DNA of 64,000 nucleotides from a virus. Of this stretch, positions 17,356 through 25,925 are shown one piece after another. The position numbers were made by a program, and so were the translations under genes. Each line of letters starts with the position of its first letter. Positions within the stretch are counted from its first letter, which is position 1. The notes beneath the pieces were generated by a model. The model was not told the origin of the DNA. It saw only the letters and a list, made by a program, of their open reading frames with translations, and ran no database searches. Location: the IMG/VR virus record IMGVR_UViG_3300008116_000004. One strand, written 5' to 3'.

Positions 17356-18291
17356 TTATTGCCTCAATGTTTTAGTGTTTAACTTACCTGCATCAACCAA
17401 GTCTCTTGCATACTTGAAAATTAAATGATCATTAGTTGCGCGTACTGGATTAATATCAATACCACCACGGCGTGTATAAAGACATGATACAAGAAGTTGA
17501 TCTGGTTCTAATAAATCATAAAGTCTCTTATAGACACATTCACATATTTCTTCATGAAAGTGATTTTCTCTACGCATAGAAACAATATACTGTAGAAGTG
17601 ATTCTGGTGTTACTGTCTTATTACCTTTGATTGAGATGTAAATATCACCCCAGTCAGGTTGGTTAGTAACACGACAGTTTGAACGAAGAACTGCTGAACG
17701 CCAGTTATAATGTGCGTCAGGGTTAGTATCTTTTACTACTAAGATAGCAGGATCTTCGTTATATTGATTAAACTCAATCTTCTCTACATTAACACTATGT
17801 TCAAGAGATATAAATGAGAAATTACCAATAGGTGATGAACAGGATGTGCTTTCATCACAAAATGCTACTTGAATTGCATCTTGTTCAACACCTAATGTTT
17901 TAGAAAGGTCTCTGTAGATAATATCTACTACTTCATCAATAACATCAGAAACTGTATCACCTAAACGTGCCATATTAAATGAGTTCATATAAAGCTTAAG
18001 TGATTTTGATTCTACAATGTTAGGTGAATCAGACGGATACACACAACGAATAACCCCGCAAACAGGAAAACCGTTTGTAGTAAGGGTGGAAAACTCATAA
18101 CAATTCCAAGTATCGTACCCAACAAAAGGAAGATTATCATCATCGATGTTATAGACGGTACGATTAAGATGGCGAGGGATACCGACGAGTAAAGTAGGAT
18201 CAATGTTATCAGGAGTAACATAAGGTTTAACAACTGAACCATCACCAGCTTTTCCTAGGTGCACAGACGCAATATCTTCAATATTAACCAT
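17356..18291 (-). CDS. queF: NADPH-dependent preQ0 reductase QueF (bimodular)
   Basis: IVESKSLKLYMNSFN, SNCRVTNQPDWG, NHFHEEICE, YTRRGGIDINP; probable start MVNIED. Confidence 0.95.
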   Translation of the reverse strand: MVNIEDIASVHLGKAGDGSVVKPYVTPDNIDPTLLVGIPRHLNRTVYNIDDDNLPFVGYDTWNCYEFSTLTTNGFPVCGVIRCVYPSDSPNIVESKSLKLYMNSFNMARLGDTVSDVIDEVVDIIYRDLSKTLGVEQDAIQVAFCDESTSCSSPIGNFSFISLEHSVNVEKIEFNQYNEDPAILVVKDTNPDAHYNWRSAVLRSNCRVTNQPDWGDIYISIKGNKTVTPESLLQYIVSMRRENHFHEEICECVYKRLYDLLEPDQLLVSCLYTRRGGIDINPVRATNDHLIFKYARDLVDAGKLNTKTLRQ

Positions 18292-18520
18292 TTTTCTTTT
18301 CCTCATATGCAATTGCAAATTCTAAAAACTTAGCAGCTTTCTTAAGATCTTGAAGTACAGGATCTTTATTACCTGCTCTCCAAACATACTTAAAAGCTTG
18401 AAATCGATTATAATCTGTAAACGTATCGTTAGTAGAAGTCTTACATAATTCTTCAATCACATCAATACATTCATACTTACTATCACCTTTATAGTGACTA
18501 GGTCTAATAGCATCAGACAT
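18284..18520 (-). CDS. DUF3310 protein
   Basis: RPSHY, ECIDVI, FKYVWRAGNK, QDLKKA. Confidence 0.82.
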   Translation of the reverse strand: MSDAIRPSHYKGDSKYECIDVIEELCKTSTNDTFTDYNRFQAFKYVWRAGNKDPVLQDLKKAAKFLEFAIAYEEKKNG

Positions 18521-19046
18521 TAATATGCTCCGGTAAGAATTCTAACCATGATTGTAGTGAACAATCCTTTAGTGTATTATAAAGCTCTTCTTTAGTAATG
18601 CAAGTGTTATCTCTAAGAACACTATGAACTACTTCACCTTCATCTACCCCTTCAGTTACTTTATGAATAACCGATCCAATAGTATGATACTTGGCATGAC
18701 CTTCCCAAGTTTTCTCTTGAGGGTCTTTACCTTTAAGTTCTGGATGTAGATGAATAGCTGCAGGATGTCCGTTAAAGATATCATGCATTGTTACAATATC
18801 TTTAGGAATAATTTTAAGATAACCATGAAGTGTTATAAAACATCTTCGTTTAGTAAAACGCAATGAGTTATGAATAGCCTCAAAGTTCATAATAGTGACC
18901 TTATCTACCGGTATATTATGTGACCATTGATCTTCATTTCTATTATTAGTAATAATATCAGTAGGCCAGACATCGAAGTGATCACAAATCTTCTTGAGTT
19001 CACTTCCTGTCTGACTAAAGAGTGCTATCCAAGGTCTCAATTGCAA
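18513..19046 (-). CDS. PurN-like formyltransferase (DpdN-like)
   Basis: ALFSQTGSE, LHGYLKII, NGHPA, GSVIHKVTEGVDEG; embedded in the que cluster. Confidence 0.85.
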   Translation of the reverse strand: MQLRPWIALFSQTGSELKKICDHFDVWPTDIITNNRNEDQWSHNIPVDKVTIMNFEAIHNSLRFTKRRCFITLHGYLKIIPKDIVTMHDIFNGHPAAIHLHPELKGKDPQEKTWEGHAKYHTIGSVIHKVTEGVDEGEVVHSVLRDNTCITKEELYNTLKDCSLQSWLEFLPEHINV

Positions 19047-19828
19047 AACTTTCTAAACTGTTCAATATTACCTTTAATAAACTCAAGTTGCATATCTGTT
19101 ACTTCTTCAGACATGTACTCAATAAGCTTAGTAGAGATCTTATCATCAAGACCAGTAGGACGATACTGCACACCATTTAATCCGTGAACAATAGGATTAG
19201 AAGTATCCACAGAATCAATCCACTTGTAATCTTTATAAGCAATAAACTCTTGAGGAAGACCGCAGCCGAGAAGGTGATGAGGCTTGTTAGTATCAATAAT
19301 ACCATCATTGAGAAGATCACTCAATAGTTTCTGACGACCTAGCATCCAAGCTGCATACTTATTAATAGGTCTAAGATTTTCTGTTGATGCAATATAATAT
19401 GAGTAATCAAAAGAGATTGCAACTTTATCTACACGAGGTGCAATGTCTTTATAGCAGTCAACTATCTCTTTATAAGTCTTCCCTTGTACAACACCTATTG
19501 ACTTAATAGAAGGATTTACTGCATACTTTGCTAGCCATTTATCCATCTTACGTAGAGTACCTAGAGTATCTTCTAAGATGTCAGGTATAATATACCAAGT
19601 AGGTTGTAATTTCTCAATCCATTTGAAGTATACATCACCGTCAAATGACTCGCCTAATTCAAAGATAGAATTATCAAGAATAACTTCACGACCATTAATT
19701 ACTGCATCCTTGAACATACGGTAGTATACCATATTAGATTCAAAAAGATGAACCAATGCATAATCATAATCGGTCATGCGCTGGACAGTAGGAAATATAC
19801 TTATAGGAGCTTCATGCGCAATTTTCAT
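19037..19828 (-). CDS. TGT-fold deazaguanine transglycosylase (DpdA family, DpdA3-like)
   Basis: ILDNSIFE, IPDILED, GVVQG, HHLLGC, DSVDTS TGT-barrel motifs; cluster context. Confidence 0.75.
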   Translation of the reverse strand: MKIAHEAPISIFPTVQRMTDYDYALVHLFESNMVYYRMFKDAVINGREVILDNSIFELGESFDGDVYFKWIEKLQPTWYIIPDILEDTLGTLRKMDKWLAKYAVNPSIKSIGVVQGKTYKEIVDCYKDIAPRVDKVAISFDYSYYIASTENLRPINKYAAWMLGRQKLLSDLLNDGIIDTNKPHHLLGCGLPQEFIAYKDYKWIDSVDTSNPIVHGLNGVQYRPTGLDDKISTKLIEYMSEEVTDMQLEFIKGNIEQFRKFCN

Positions 19829-20186
19829 TCAATACACCTTTATTCATAATAGCAAAGATCTGTTGAATCTCATCATAGTTCCATTTGCGCATTTCTGTAA
19901 TGCCAGAAATTTGATCTGGTTCATACCAATTATGAAATTTATTTTCTTTGCCTTTTATAGTATCCATTATTAGCTTTTCTAATGATAATGCTTCTTCTTC
20001 TGTTTCACAATAAACTGAATGCATTACTTTAATGTCAGTAAAGTAGTTACTAATAGGATAAGGCTCATCAGAACCTCTATACATAAGTCTATCCATAGCA
20101 TCTCTAGACTTAGTAATACCTACTTTATATACTACTTTAGGAATAGCAGTAGTACGTTTAAGTTTAGCCAAATAAACTTTATACAT
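19812..20186 (-). CDS. GIY-YIG/T5orf172-like nuclease
   Basis: VYL...YKVGIT...DRL...EALSLEK...GITE pattern. Confidence 0.6.
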   Translation of the reverse strand: MYKVYLAKLKRTTAIPKVVYKVGITKSRDAMDRLMYRGSDEPYPISNYFTDIKVMHSVYCETEEEALSLEKLIMDTIKGKENKFHNWYEPDQISGITEMRKWNYDEIQQIFAIMNKGVLNENCA

Positions 20187-20628
20187 AATGAATCATCCAA
20201 TCCACTACTAGATTAGTATTTTTAACTTTCCTTTTATCCTGACTATTAAGTGATGGTGAATAAAGAAATTCATTATTAGCAAGATCTGCTTTTTTATAAA
20301 ACTCATCATGCGGTATTTTAGACACAAACTGATTAAAACGATCTATAATCTTAAGAGTATCAAATCTATTTTCTTTACCTACAATACCTTTCATACGAAT
20401 ATACTCATTCGAATGTATATTTACTACTTTTACTTCTACACGCTCTCCAGTCTTAGGATCATAATGATCATAACCTGGATTATGAGAAGATGTCAAAATA
20501 TGGCCATCTTCTTTTGCACTCATATGTTCCATAATAATTGCTGCAAATGTAGCGTTAGTTTTAATTAACTCTTTTAAATTTTTACGACCATACTTTTCAA
20601 CTTGAGCATCTGTATATAAAAATGACAT
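20179..20628 (-). CDS. Putative PD-(D/E)XK endonuclease
   Basis: MEH...PGYDHYD...VEVK catalytic-like pattern. Confidence 0.5.
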   Translation of the reverse strand: MSFLYTDAQVEKYGRKNLKELIKTNATFAAIIMEHMSAKEDGHILTSSHNPGYDHYDPKTGERVEVKVVNIHSNEYIRMKGIVGKENRFDTLKIIDRFNQFVSKIPHDEFYKKADLANNEFLYSPSLNSQDKRKVKNTNLVVDWMIHYV

Positions 20629-20629
20629 G

Positions 20630-20842
20630 TTACTTGACCTTCATTCCATAGCCTGAAAAGGCAAAATTGGTTGCAAAAGTATCTAAACGTTTACCAGATA
20701 GAGTCTGTATATCTCTAAGTGCCTTAACCTTAGTATCGGTTTTAGCATGAGATACTGCAAGCAATTCTTTGAAGGCTTCTCGTTTTTGTTCAGTAGTCTC
20801 TGACTTCCAAACTTTTTGTACGTATTTGTCTAGATTAATCAT
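20630..20842 (-). CDS. Hypothetical early protein
   Basis: GGAG RBS before MINLDKY; first gene after its own promoter. Confidence 0.6.
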   Translation of the reverse strand: MINLDKYVQKVWKSETTEQKREAFKELLAVSHAKTDTKVKALRDIQTLSGKRLDTFATNFAFSGYGMKVK

Positions 20843-20858
20843 AGGTAATTTCTCCATT

Positions 20859-20892
20859 TTTTACCTGGTCTTCTAGCGACAATTAAATATAG
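20859..20892 (-). repeat. 34-bp exact repeat (-10 box plus leader) shared with 31929..31962
   Basis: CTATATTTAATTGTCGCTAGAAGACCAGGTAAAA at both loci, in opposite orientations. Confidence 0.9.
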
Positions 20893-20914
20893 ACTATTTT
20901 TGAAATAAGTGCAA
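20886..20914 (-). promoter_or_regulatory. Sigma70-like early promoter
   Basis: TTGCAC-N17-TATATT. Confidence 0.65.
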
Positions 20915-20939
20915 CTAATAAAAAACTCAATGATTTCAA

Positions 20940-21707
20940 TTAGTTACATGAATATCTACTGGTTTGAAGCTTGATATTACTATAGAATTCGTTCTTAACT
21001 GAAGGATCATCTAAGAAATCTCCGAGTAATACCGCTGTTTGAGTCATTGAGTTAGATGCACCAATTCCTCTGTTTTCACAGCAACCATGTTTTGCTTCGA
21101 TGTATACACCAACGTCTTTTGACTCTGTTGCTTTACTAATTGCCTTTGCAATATCACCGCAAAGCTCTTCTTGAAGAGTCCCACGACGAGCACAGTGCTG
21201 AGCAATACGAATATACTTACTAAGACCGATAACACGAGTGTGAGGTATGACACCGATGTATGCGGTACCTGTAACTGGTTGATGATGATGTGAACACATA
21301 GACTTAAGTTCAGCCCTAACCACAAGCATACCATGATAAGGCTCTGTACCATGCGATCCATCATTAGGGAACGAAGTAACCTTAGGTTCATTATGATACC
21401 TTCCACTCATAATTTCATTAACATACATCTTAGCAAGACGTCTTGCTGTACCATGAGAGTTTGGATCATTATCAACATCGATTAATAATGAACGTAGCAC
21501 CCCATCAAACTTCTCTGCTACCTCGTCAATGAGTAACTTACGATCATCATCGTCCATAAATTGGCTAATGTTATCGTTGGCAAAAAAACGAGCATTTGCA
21601 TCTTTAATTTTCTTTCTTATTTTCATTGAAACTGGGTTAAAACTAATAGCAGTTTCAATAGCTGTAGGCACTGAAAAACTAACTGGTCCTTTTACTTCAT
21701 TACTCAT
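20940..21707 (-). CDS. folE: GTP cyclohydrolase I FolE
   Basis: TARRLAKMY, SMCSHHHQP, IGLSKY, LQEELC, HGCCENRG. Confidence 0.95.
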   Translation of the reverse strand: MSNEVKGPVSFSVPTAIETAISFNPVSMKIRKKIKDANARFFANDNISQFMDDDDRKLLIDEVAEKFDGVLRSLLIDVDNDPNSHGTARRLAKMYVNEIMSGRYHNEPKVTSFPNDGSHGTEPYHGMLVVRAELKSMCSHHHQPVTGTAYIGVIPHTRVIGLSKYIRIAQHCARRGTLQEELCGDIAKAISKATESKDVGVYIEAKHGCCENRGIGASNSMTQTAVLLGDFLDDPSVKNEFYSNIKLQTSRYSCN

Positions 21708-22201
21708 GCGAACAAATCCTCATTCCATTCTCTATGACCTTCACGATAAGCCATGTTAGCTATCGTTTCACGAACTTCAACTTTAAAGCACCAGAGACGT
21801 TCTGCTTCACCTGGCCCCCACATATCAGGAATGTACACACCATTAACATACTTATAGAGCATGTCTGAAAGTCCTTCACAACCTAATTTTGGTAGAATAG
21901 TTAGTTTAGCTAAATTTTTACTTTCTAGCAACTTAAATGTTTCCATTTCTGGATCATCTTGTGCAACTAGCAATGTATGATCAAACTGATCCTCAAGTAC
22001 CTTCTTTAGCTCTTTAAGACCACCATAATCAGCTACCCAATTACGAATATCAAGGTGATCTGATCCAAAGTAAAATTTCATAGAGAAAGAATAACCATGA
22101 ATAAGATTACAATGACTATCTGCTCTCCATTGACGATATGCGCATGGAAAAGCATTATGGTATTCTTTAGTGCTAACGTATTTGTATGTTCTTGGTTCCA
22201 T
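21704..22201 (-). CDS. queD: 6-carboxy-tetrahydropterin synthase QueD
   Basis: HCNLIHGY, DYGGLK, FDHTLL, VEVRET. Confidence 0.93.
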   Translation of the reverse strand: MEPRTYKYVSTKEYHNAFPCAYRQWRADSHCNLIHGYSFSMKFYFGSDHLDIRNWVADYGGLKELKKVLEDQFDHTLLVAQDDPEMETFKLLESKNLAKLTILPKLGCEGLSDMLYKYVNGVYIPDMWGPGEAERLWCFKVEVRETIANMAYREGHREWNEDLFA

Positions 22202-22202
22202 T

Positions 22203-22418
22203 TTATTTCCTCATGAACGTTTCTATTCTACGGTCAATATATTCATCTAAATGTTTTTTAAACTTATCTTTTGCAGAAGGTATAATAATATTTCTAATAT
22301 TATCTGCTTTACGCCATTCACCTTCTTTATTGTGATGCCATTCATCATCTAAAGCATCAATAAGATATTCTAAAGATGTAATAACATCTTCAATAATTTC
22401 ACTACTTTTTCTTGGCAT
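22203..22418 (-). CDS. Hypothetical protein
   Basis: TAATG-coupled start MPRKSS at 22418. Confidence 0.55.
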   Translation of the reverse strand: MPRKSSEIIEDVITSLEYLIDALDDEWHHNKEGEWRKADNIRNIIIPSAKDKFKKHLDEYIDRRIETFMRK

Positions 22419-23281
22419 TATGTACCCCAGGCATTCTTCCAGAGTTGTACCTGTAAACGAGGAGTATAACGCCATCCATGTTTCATTGCAAGGTCTGCAA
22501 CCCATTTTTCATTAGTATCATATACCTTTGTAGTACCACCTGCAGGCATAAGGTAGATTGGAATATGCTGCATTGCACCACGTAGTGTCATAGAATAATC
22601 ATCGATAGCTTTAATTACATCTTGATAATCTTCTTCATTAGATACTACCCATTTAAAATAAGTAAGATTACCTATATCGTAATATTGTTTAATAATTTCT
22701 GGACGGATAGCTTCTTCCCACTTTTCACCTGAAGAAGGTAATTTTGAAGATACACTGAATGTGATGTTAAGATCAGAATAACTATCATTAGATTTAAACC
22801 ATTCAATTAACTCTGATTTTAATTCTTGTGTACCGTTAGTCTCAAATGTAATGTGAGTAAGATTCATGTCACGTTTAAAGAGTTCTTCAAACAATGCAAT
22901 ATATGAACGTTGCCATCCTAGTAATGGTTCACCTCCGGTGAGAATTAGATGTTTATCTGGTCCAAATTTACCGTCTGGCAAAAGTTCTTGTATCTTATCA
23001 ACAATTGCTTCTACAGTTAACATTGGTGAAAGATGCTTGAAGCGTACATCCCAAGATGCATATGAATCACACCCAGTGTGTACTAACGGTAAATTTTCAT
23101 ACTGGGTATATTGATTAGGATCAACTGAAAGACGTTCTTCAGATAGTTGACCACGAGGCATACCAAATCCAGCGCATTGAAAATTACAACCAAACACGCG
23201 CAGAAAAACGCTTGGAGTTCCAAGATACTGTCCTTCACCTTGAAGTGAATAGAACAGTTCAGCGACTTTAATTTTTGACAT
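22418..23281 (-). CDS. queE: 7-carboxy-7-deazaguanine synthase QueE (radical SAM)
   Basis: ELFYSLQGEG, FLRVFGCNFQC...GCDS, TGGEPL, ETNGT, PRLQVQLW. Confidence 0.95.
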   Translation of the reverse strand: MSKIKVAELFYSLQGEGQYLGTPSVFLRVFGCNFQCAGFGMPRGQLSEERLSVDPNQYTQYENLPLVHTGCDSYASWDVRFKHLSPMLTVEAIVDKIQELLPDGKFGPDKHLILTGGEPLLGWQRSYIALFEELFKRDMNLTHITFETNGTQELKSELIEWFKSNDSYSDLNITFSVSSKLPSSGEKWEEAIRPEIIKQYYDIGNLTYFKWVVSNEEDYQDVIKAIDDYSMTLRGAMQHIPIYLMPAGGTTKVYDTNEKWVADLAMKHGWRYTPRLQVQLWKNAWGT

Positions 23282-23287
23282 TATTTG

Positions 23288-23324
23288 CTCCTAGTTTTGT
23301 TTAATCAGTGGAAGGGCACTGATC
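23288..23324 (-). promoter_or_regulatory. Hairpin/pseudoknot leader resembling a class I preQ1 riboswitch upstream of queE
   Basis: GAUCAGUG-CCCUUC-CACUGAUU-AAACAAAACUAGGAG. The stem plus A-rich tail ends in the SD; the loop deviates from the preQ1-I consensus. Confidence 0.35.
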
Positions 23325-23556
23325 ACTTATTTATATTATCTTTTTCAATAATAGATATTAACATACGGTTTATTTCTTCACTAATAGCTTTTTCTAACTC
23401 TGGTGTAATCTGCTTATTAGCTTTGTGAAGACTTCCATCTTTCTCTATTTTAAAAATATCCACATCCATATACATTTCACCATTTTCATTTTCATGAACA
23501 AAGTCCCCTGGTGGAAAAGATATAAAATATTCCCCTATTCTAAATCCGTCTCTCAT
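23323..23556 (-). CDS. Hypothetical protein
   Basis: ORF track; coupled to def. Confidence 0.55.
   Translation of the reverse strand: MRDGFRIGEYFISFPPGDFVHENENGEMYMDVDIFKIEKDGSLHKANKQITPELEKAISEEINRMLISIIEKDNINK
23328..23335 (-). promoter_or_regulatory. T4-type late promoter upstream of queE
   Basis: Exact TATAAATA inside the last codons of the upstream ORF. Confidence 0.55.
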
Positions 23557-24037
23557 TATAATATCCTTTTAATGCTTTATCTCTGTGATATCTTCCAGCA
23601 CGATTAAAAAATAAAATACCATCAAGATGATCTAACTCATGTTGAAAGACTCTTGCTGTAAGACCTTGAAATACTCTAGTAACTGTTTCACCTGAAGGTG
23701 TTTGAAAACGTACTTTAATACCAATAGGCCTTTTTATTTTTACATTTACGTTAGGAAAAGAGAGACATGCTTCCTCTAATAATTCAACTTCTTTACTCTT
23801 ATCTACAATTCTTGGATTAAAACAAACTAGGTTTTCTGGGCTACCTCTCATAGCAAAAACTCTATAAGGAATACCTAGTTGATTTGCTGCAATACCAACT
23901 GCATTATATTGATTCATTGCTTGCATCAATCCAGTAGCTAGATCATAAGGATCTCCTGGAGGATTTTTAAAGTCAAATTCTTCACAAGGTGTAGTTAGTA
24001 TACTGTTAGGATATTTAATTAGAAGATCTTCACTCAT
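23540..24037 (-). CDS. def: Peptide deformylase
   Basis: GIAANQLG, EACLSFP, QHELDHLDG. Confidence 0.95.
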   Translation of the reverse strand: MSEDLLIKYPNSILTTPCEEFDFKNPPGDPYDLATGLMQAMNQYNAVGIAANQLGIPYRVFAMRGSPENLVCFNPRIVDKSKEVELLEEACLSFPNVNVKIKRPIGIKVRFQTPSGETVTRVFQGLTARVFQHELDHLDGILFFNRAGRYHRDKALKGYYNERRI

Positions 24038-24210
24038 ACCCACTCCTCAACAATACCTAAAAGTTCAGCAACAAATAAAAATGCTGCAAGATATAATATA
24101 TCATAGCCAAACCAAATAACAGATGCACAACCAATCAAACGTAAACTACTTTTTACATAAGACCAGTATCCATGCCATGATTTGTATTTGTTTTCAAAAT
24201 TATCACTCAT
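24034..24210 (-). CDS. Small membrane protein (58 aa)
   Basis: Translated by hand: MSDNFENKYKSWHGYWSYVKSSLRLIGC...AELLGIVEEWV; ATGA overlaps at both ends. Confidence 0.6.
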   Translation of the reverse strand: MSDNFENKYKSWHGYWSYVKSSLRLIGCASVIWFGYDILYLAAFLFVAELLGIVEEWV

Positions 24211-25922
24211 GCTGCTATCCTTGAGAAATTTTTATGCTTTTCAAACTTAAGCACGTTTGTAAATTTATCGTACATCTGATCTGTTTTATGGCTTATTATA
24301 AATGTATTTGTGTCCTGAGTCAAGGTATTAATGATCTTCAGGAACTCATCAGTGCCATTACTATCCAACGAACCGTCGAGGACTTCGTCCATAATAAGTA
24401 GATTAGTGCTAGCACTATTGCGTAACTTAGCAACAGCTCTCCAAGTGAATAGTATAGCCAAGTTAATTCGCATTTTTTCTCCTTCTGAGAAGGAGGCGTA
24501 GCTAAATTCATCTCTGAATCTTGATTTGATTGTTTCTTCGAAGTTTTCATTTAGCTCAAAGTTTACAAAGAAGTCCATTGCAGCCAAATACTTGTTAATT
24601 AGTTTGTTAATAACAGGTACATACTGTTTAATGATTCTTGCTTTGATACCGTTGTCCTTAAGGATGATTGATGATATATTTAATGCATCCTTGTCTTTAA
24701 GGAGCTCTGTCTTTTCTTCTCTTTGTTTGTCAAGAAGATCTTCTAGTTCTTTCATCTTATCATCGTTCATAATAAGATCATCAGATTTGTCTTGAAGATC
24801 TTTTATTTCTTTAGCAATCTTTTTACATTGTTGTACAAGACCTGTAATAGAATTACTTCTAGTAATCTTATCAATATTCAATGAAGAAATTTTAGATGAT
24901 ACATCAGCAATCTGTTGGATCTTTTCTTGTATCGTGGTAATTTCTTCCTTGAGTTTTTCAATACCTTGCTGGGTTTCCTGTATTTGTGCTTGTTTTGCAT
25001 CGACAGTCTCACACTTAAACGCATTATCAATATCCTGCTTGCATGTAGGACAGCTATCGTGTGAAGTAAAGAACTCGATGTCAGCTTGGAGTTTGGAAAT
25101 TTTATCTGATAATTGGATGTCGAGTCTTTGTAATGTTTTTTGCTTTTTGTTGATTTGCTCTTGGTCTTCGATAGAGGCTCTGAGCGATAGAATTTGTTCG
25201 TCGATAGTTTCAATTTCATTCTTTTCTCTTTCAATGAAATCTGTATAATCTTTTAACTCTTTTTTAAGCTTCTCAATTTGCTCTTCACTATTCTTTTGCA
25301 TGGCAACGATATGCTCATGCTGCATTTTAATCTTCTCTGAAGTAAGATCATATTGATATTCTACTTCAAGTAACTTTGTATTATTGCTACTAATTTTATC
25401 TTTAAGAAGACTATTCATAGTAGAGAAGATCTGTATGTCAAGGAGATCCTCGATTACATCTCGTCTGTTCTGCGCTGTAAGCTGCATGAAAGGAACAAAC
25501 GAGGCAGAACCAAGTACTACCACCTGACAAAACGATTTGTGGTTAAGCTTAAGTATTTGCTTTTCTAAAACCTCTTGATAGTCTTTTGTTTCAGCATCTT
25601 GATTGATTAGATTATTATTTTGATATACTTCAAAGATAGATGGTTTAAGACCGCGTACGATCTTATACATATGTGAACCAATATTAAACTCAATCTCTAC
25701 AACAAGATCTTTCTTGTTAATAGAATTTAATAACTGTGGTTTATTTACTCTACGAAATGGTTTATTATATAAAACAAACGATAAGGCATCAAGCATAGTT
25801 GATTTGCCTGCACCATTCTCACCAACAATCAGTGTGGTGTTGTTTTTACTATAATCAATCTCTGTAAATGTATTACCGGTACTGAGAAAGTTCTTCCAGC
25901 GAATCTTTTTAAAAAATATCAT
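24207..25922 (-). CDS. Recombination endonuclease subunit gp46 (Rad50/SbcC-like)
   Basis: WKNFLSTGN, GENGAGKST, CPTC hook, FSEGEKMRI, LIMDEVLDGSLD. Confidence 0.96.
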   Translation of the reverse strand: MIFFKKIRWKNFLSTGNTFTEIDYSKNNTTLIVGENGAGKSTMLDALSFVLYNKPFRRVNKPQLLNSINKKDLVVEIEFNIGSHMYKIVRGLKPSIFEVYQNNNLINQDAETKDYQEVLEKQILKLNHKSFCQVVVLGSASFVPFMQLTAQNRRDVIEDLLDIQIFSTMNSLLKDKISSNNTKLLEVEYQYDLTSEKIKMQHEHIVAMQKNSEEQIEKLKKELKDYTDFIEREKNEIETIDEQILSLRASIEDQEQINKKQKTLQRLDIQLSDKISKLQADIEFFTSHDSCPTCKQDIDNAFKCETVDAKQAQIQETQQGIEKLKEEITTIQEKIQQIADVSSKISSLNIDKITRSNSITGLVQQCKKIAKEIKDLQDKSDDLIMNDDKMKELEDLLDKQREEKTELLKDKDALNISSIILKDNGIKARIIKQYVPVINKLINKYLAAMDFFVNFELNENFEETIKSRFRDEFSYASFSEGEKMRINLAILFTWRAVAKLRNSASTNLLIMDEVLDGSLDSNGTDEFLKIINTLTQDTNTFIISHKTDQMYDKFTNVLKFEKHKNFSRIAA

Positions 25923-25925
25923 AAA

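Noticed and set aside
18513-19046. purN as a purine-biosynthesis auxiliary gene
   Set aside because: It sits between the DpdA-like gene and queF with no other pur genes, so base formylation is more plausible, though untested.
16256-23281. que genes as tRNA queuosine biosynthesis
   Set aside because: No queA or queG/H is seen, the TGT-fold protein is short and lacks a recognisable tRNA-TGT zinc-site tail, and the cluster abuts DNA replication genes.
24338-25248. Several overlapping ORFs within gp46 (and similar ones within gp23, gp20, gp18, gp44)
   Set aside because: Alternate-frame or antisense by-products of strongly conserved genes, without evident RBS or recognisable motifs.
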